Source of the DNA: Chiloscyllium plagiosum
Taxonomy: Eukaryota
Assembly (NCBI RefSeq): GCF_004010195.1
Contig: NC_057719.1
Span: 11,357,822-11,421,821, forward strand
DNA length: 64,000 bases
Reading direction: 5' to 3'
Within the stretch, counting starts at the first letter, position 1. Each line of letters begins with the position of its first letter. Positions 63,287-64,000 of the stretch are shown here, in pieces. The translations under genes were made by a program, and so were the position numbers. Below the pieces are notes generated by a model. It did no database searches. It saw only the letters and a list, made by a program, of their open reading frames with translations, and was not told the DNA's origin.

Positions 63287-64000
63287 GTATGTGTATTTAT
63301 TGCTGTGCTGGTATTTGTATTGGCATGAGATGTATTGCTGTCAGGAATAAATATGAAATGATGAGGTACTTGATAGAAACATGTTGGAAGTGTTGTCACA
63401 ATGATGGGGTTGGAGGAGATTTTAAAGAGTTCTGTAAGCATGAAGTAAGGAAATGGAATCTGAGTGGAATGTCTACCAATATGTAAGAATGAAACAAGGG
63501 ATTAGGTTTCATAAAGTGACTTATCACCCATTGAGTACATTGGAATGATCTAGTATAGAATAGGTACAGTACAAAGACTGATCCTGTCCTTGTTCCATAT
63601 ATTGCAGTTTGCGAGGTCAACTTTGCCCCCACACACACAAACACACACCCCTTCCTCTCTTTCCCCCCCCCCCCCCCCATCTCTTTATGAAAGGTCTTAT
63701 ATTAAGCTGCAATATTCTGTTTATCTGCATTAACTCACTGGATTAAAAAATGTCATGAACACTTTGAGATATTTCAATGCTGATAGATCTAATTTTTCAT
63801 GTTACCATTAAATACATATTCTACACATATTACAGAGATTGAGTCTGAGCCAATTGACCCAGTGAGACACAAAGAAATAATATGTAGGAGTTAAAGTTTG
63901 CAGTTAACTCTCTCTTTTTGTTTTCATTTCAGAGCAGTCTGATTGCTCAGTTGGCAGATATATATGGTATGGCTGTTGCAATTGGCTATATTGCTAATAT

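Overview
Vertebrate nuclear DNA, most likely a shark or ray (inferred from HE1-type SINEs, HER1/CR1 LINEs and Penelope-like repeats; the species cannot be fixed from the sequence). Two host genes lie head-to-head across a CpG-rich bidirectional promoter at about 53.5-54.3 kb. SNW1 is on the + strand (coding exons 1-4 at 54061-54074, 60280-60433, 62727-62888, 63191-63286). ADCK1 is on the - strand (putative exon 1 ending at 53538, a ~48-kb intron, then coding exons at 5350-5495 and 2724-2807). The rest is mostly decayed retroelements (CR1, L1/Tx1, L2/CR1-like, Rex/Babar, SINEs, solo LTRs) plus three assembly gaps. The most notable signal is about 20 insertions from several Penelope-like element (PLE) families, most carrying a minimal type-I hammerhead ribozyme motif. 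The motifs show stem covariation between families, a 4-nt palindromic helix III (ACGT or AGCT), and one compensatory U3-A8 core variant. Many copies form long fold-back palindromes with 9-15 bp target-site duplications. Minimal hammerheads in PLEs are known in general; whether these families are described, or active, cannot be determined here. Repeat boundaries are read by eye and approximate unless a TSD is given.
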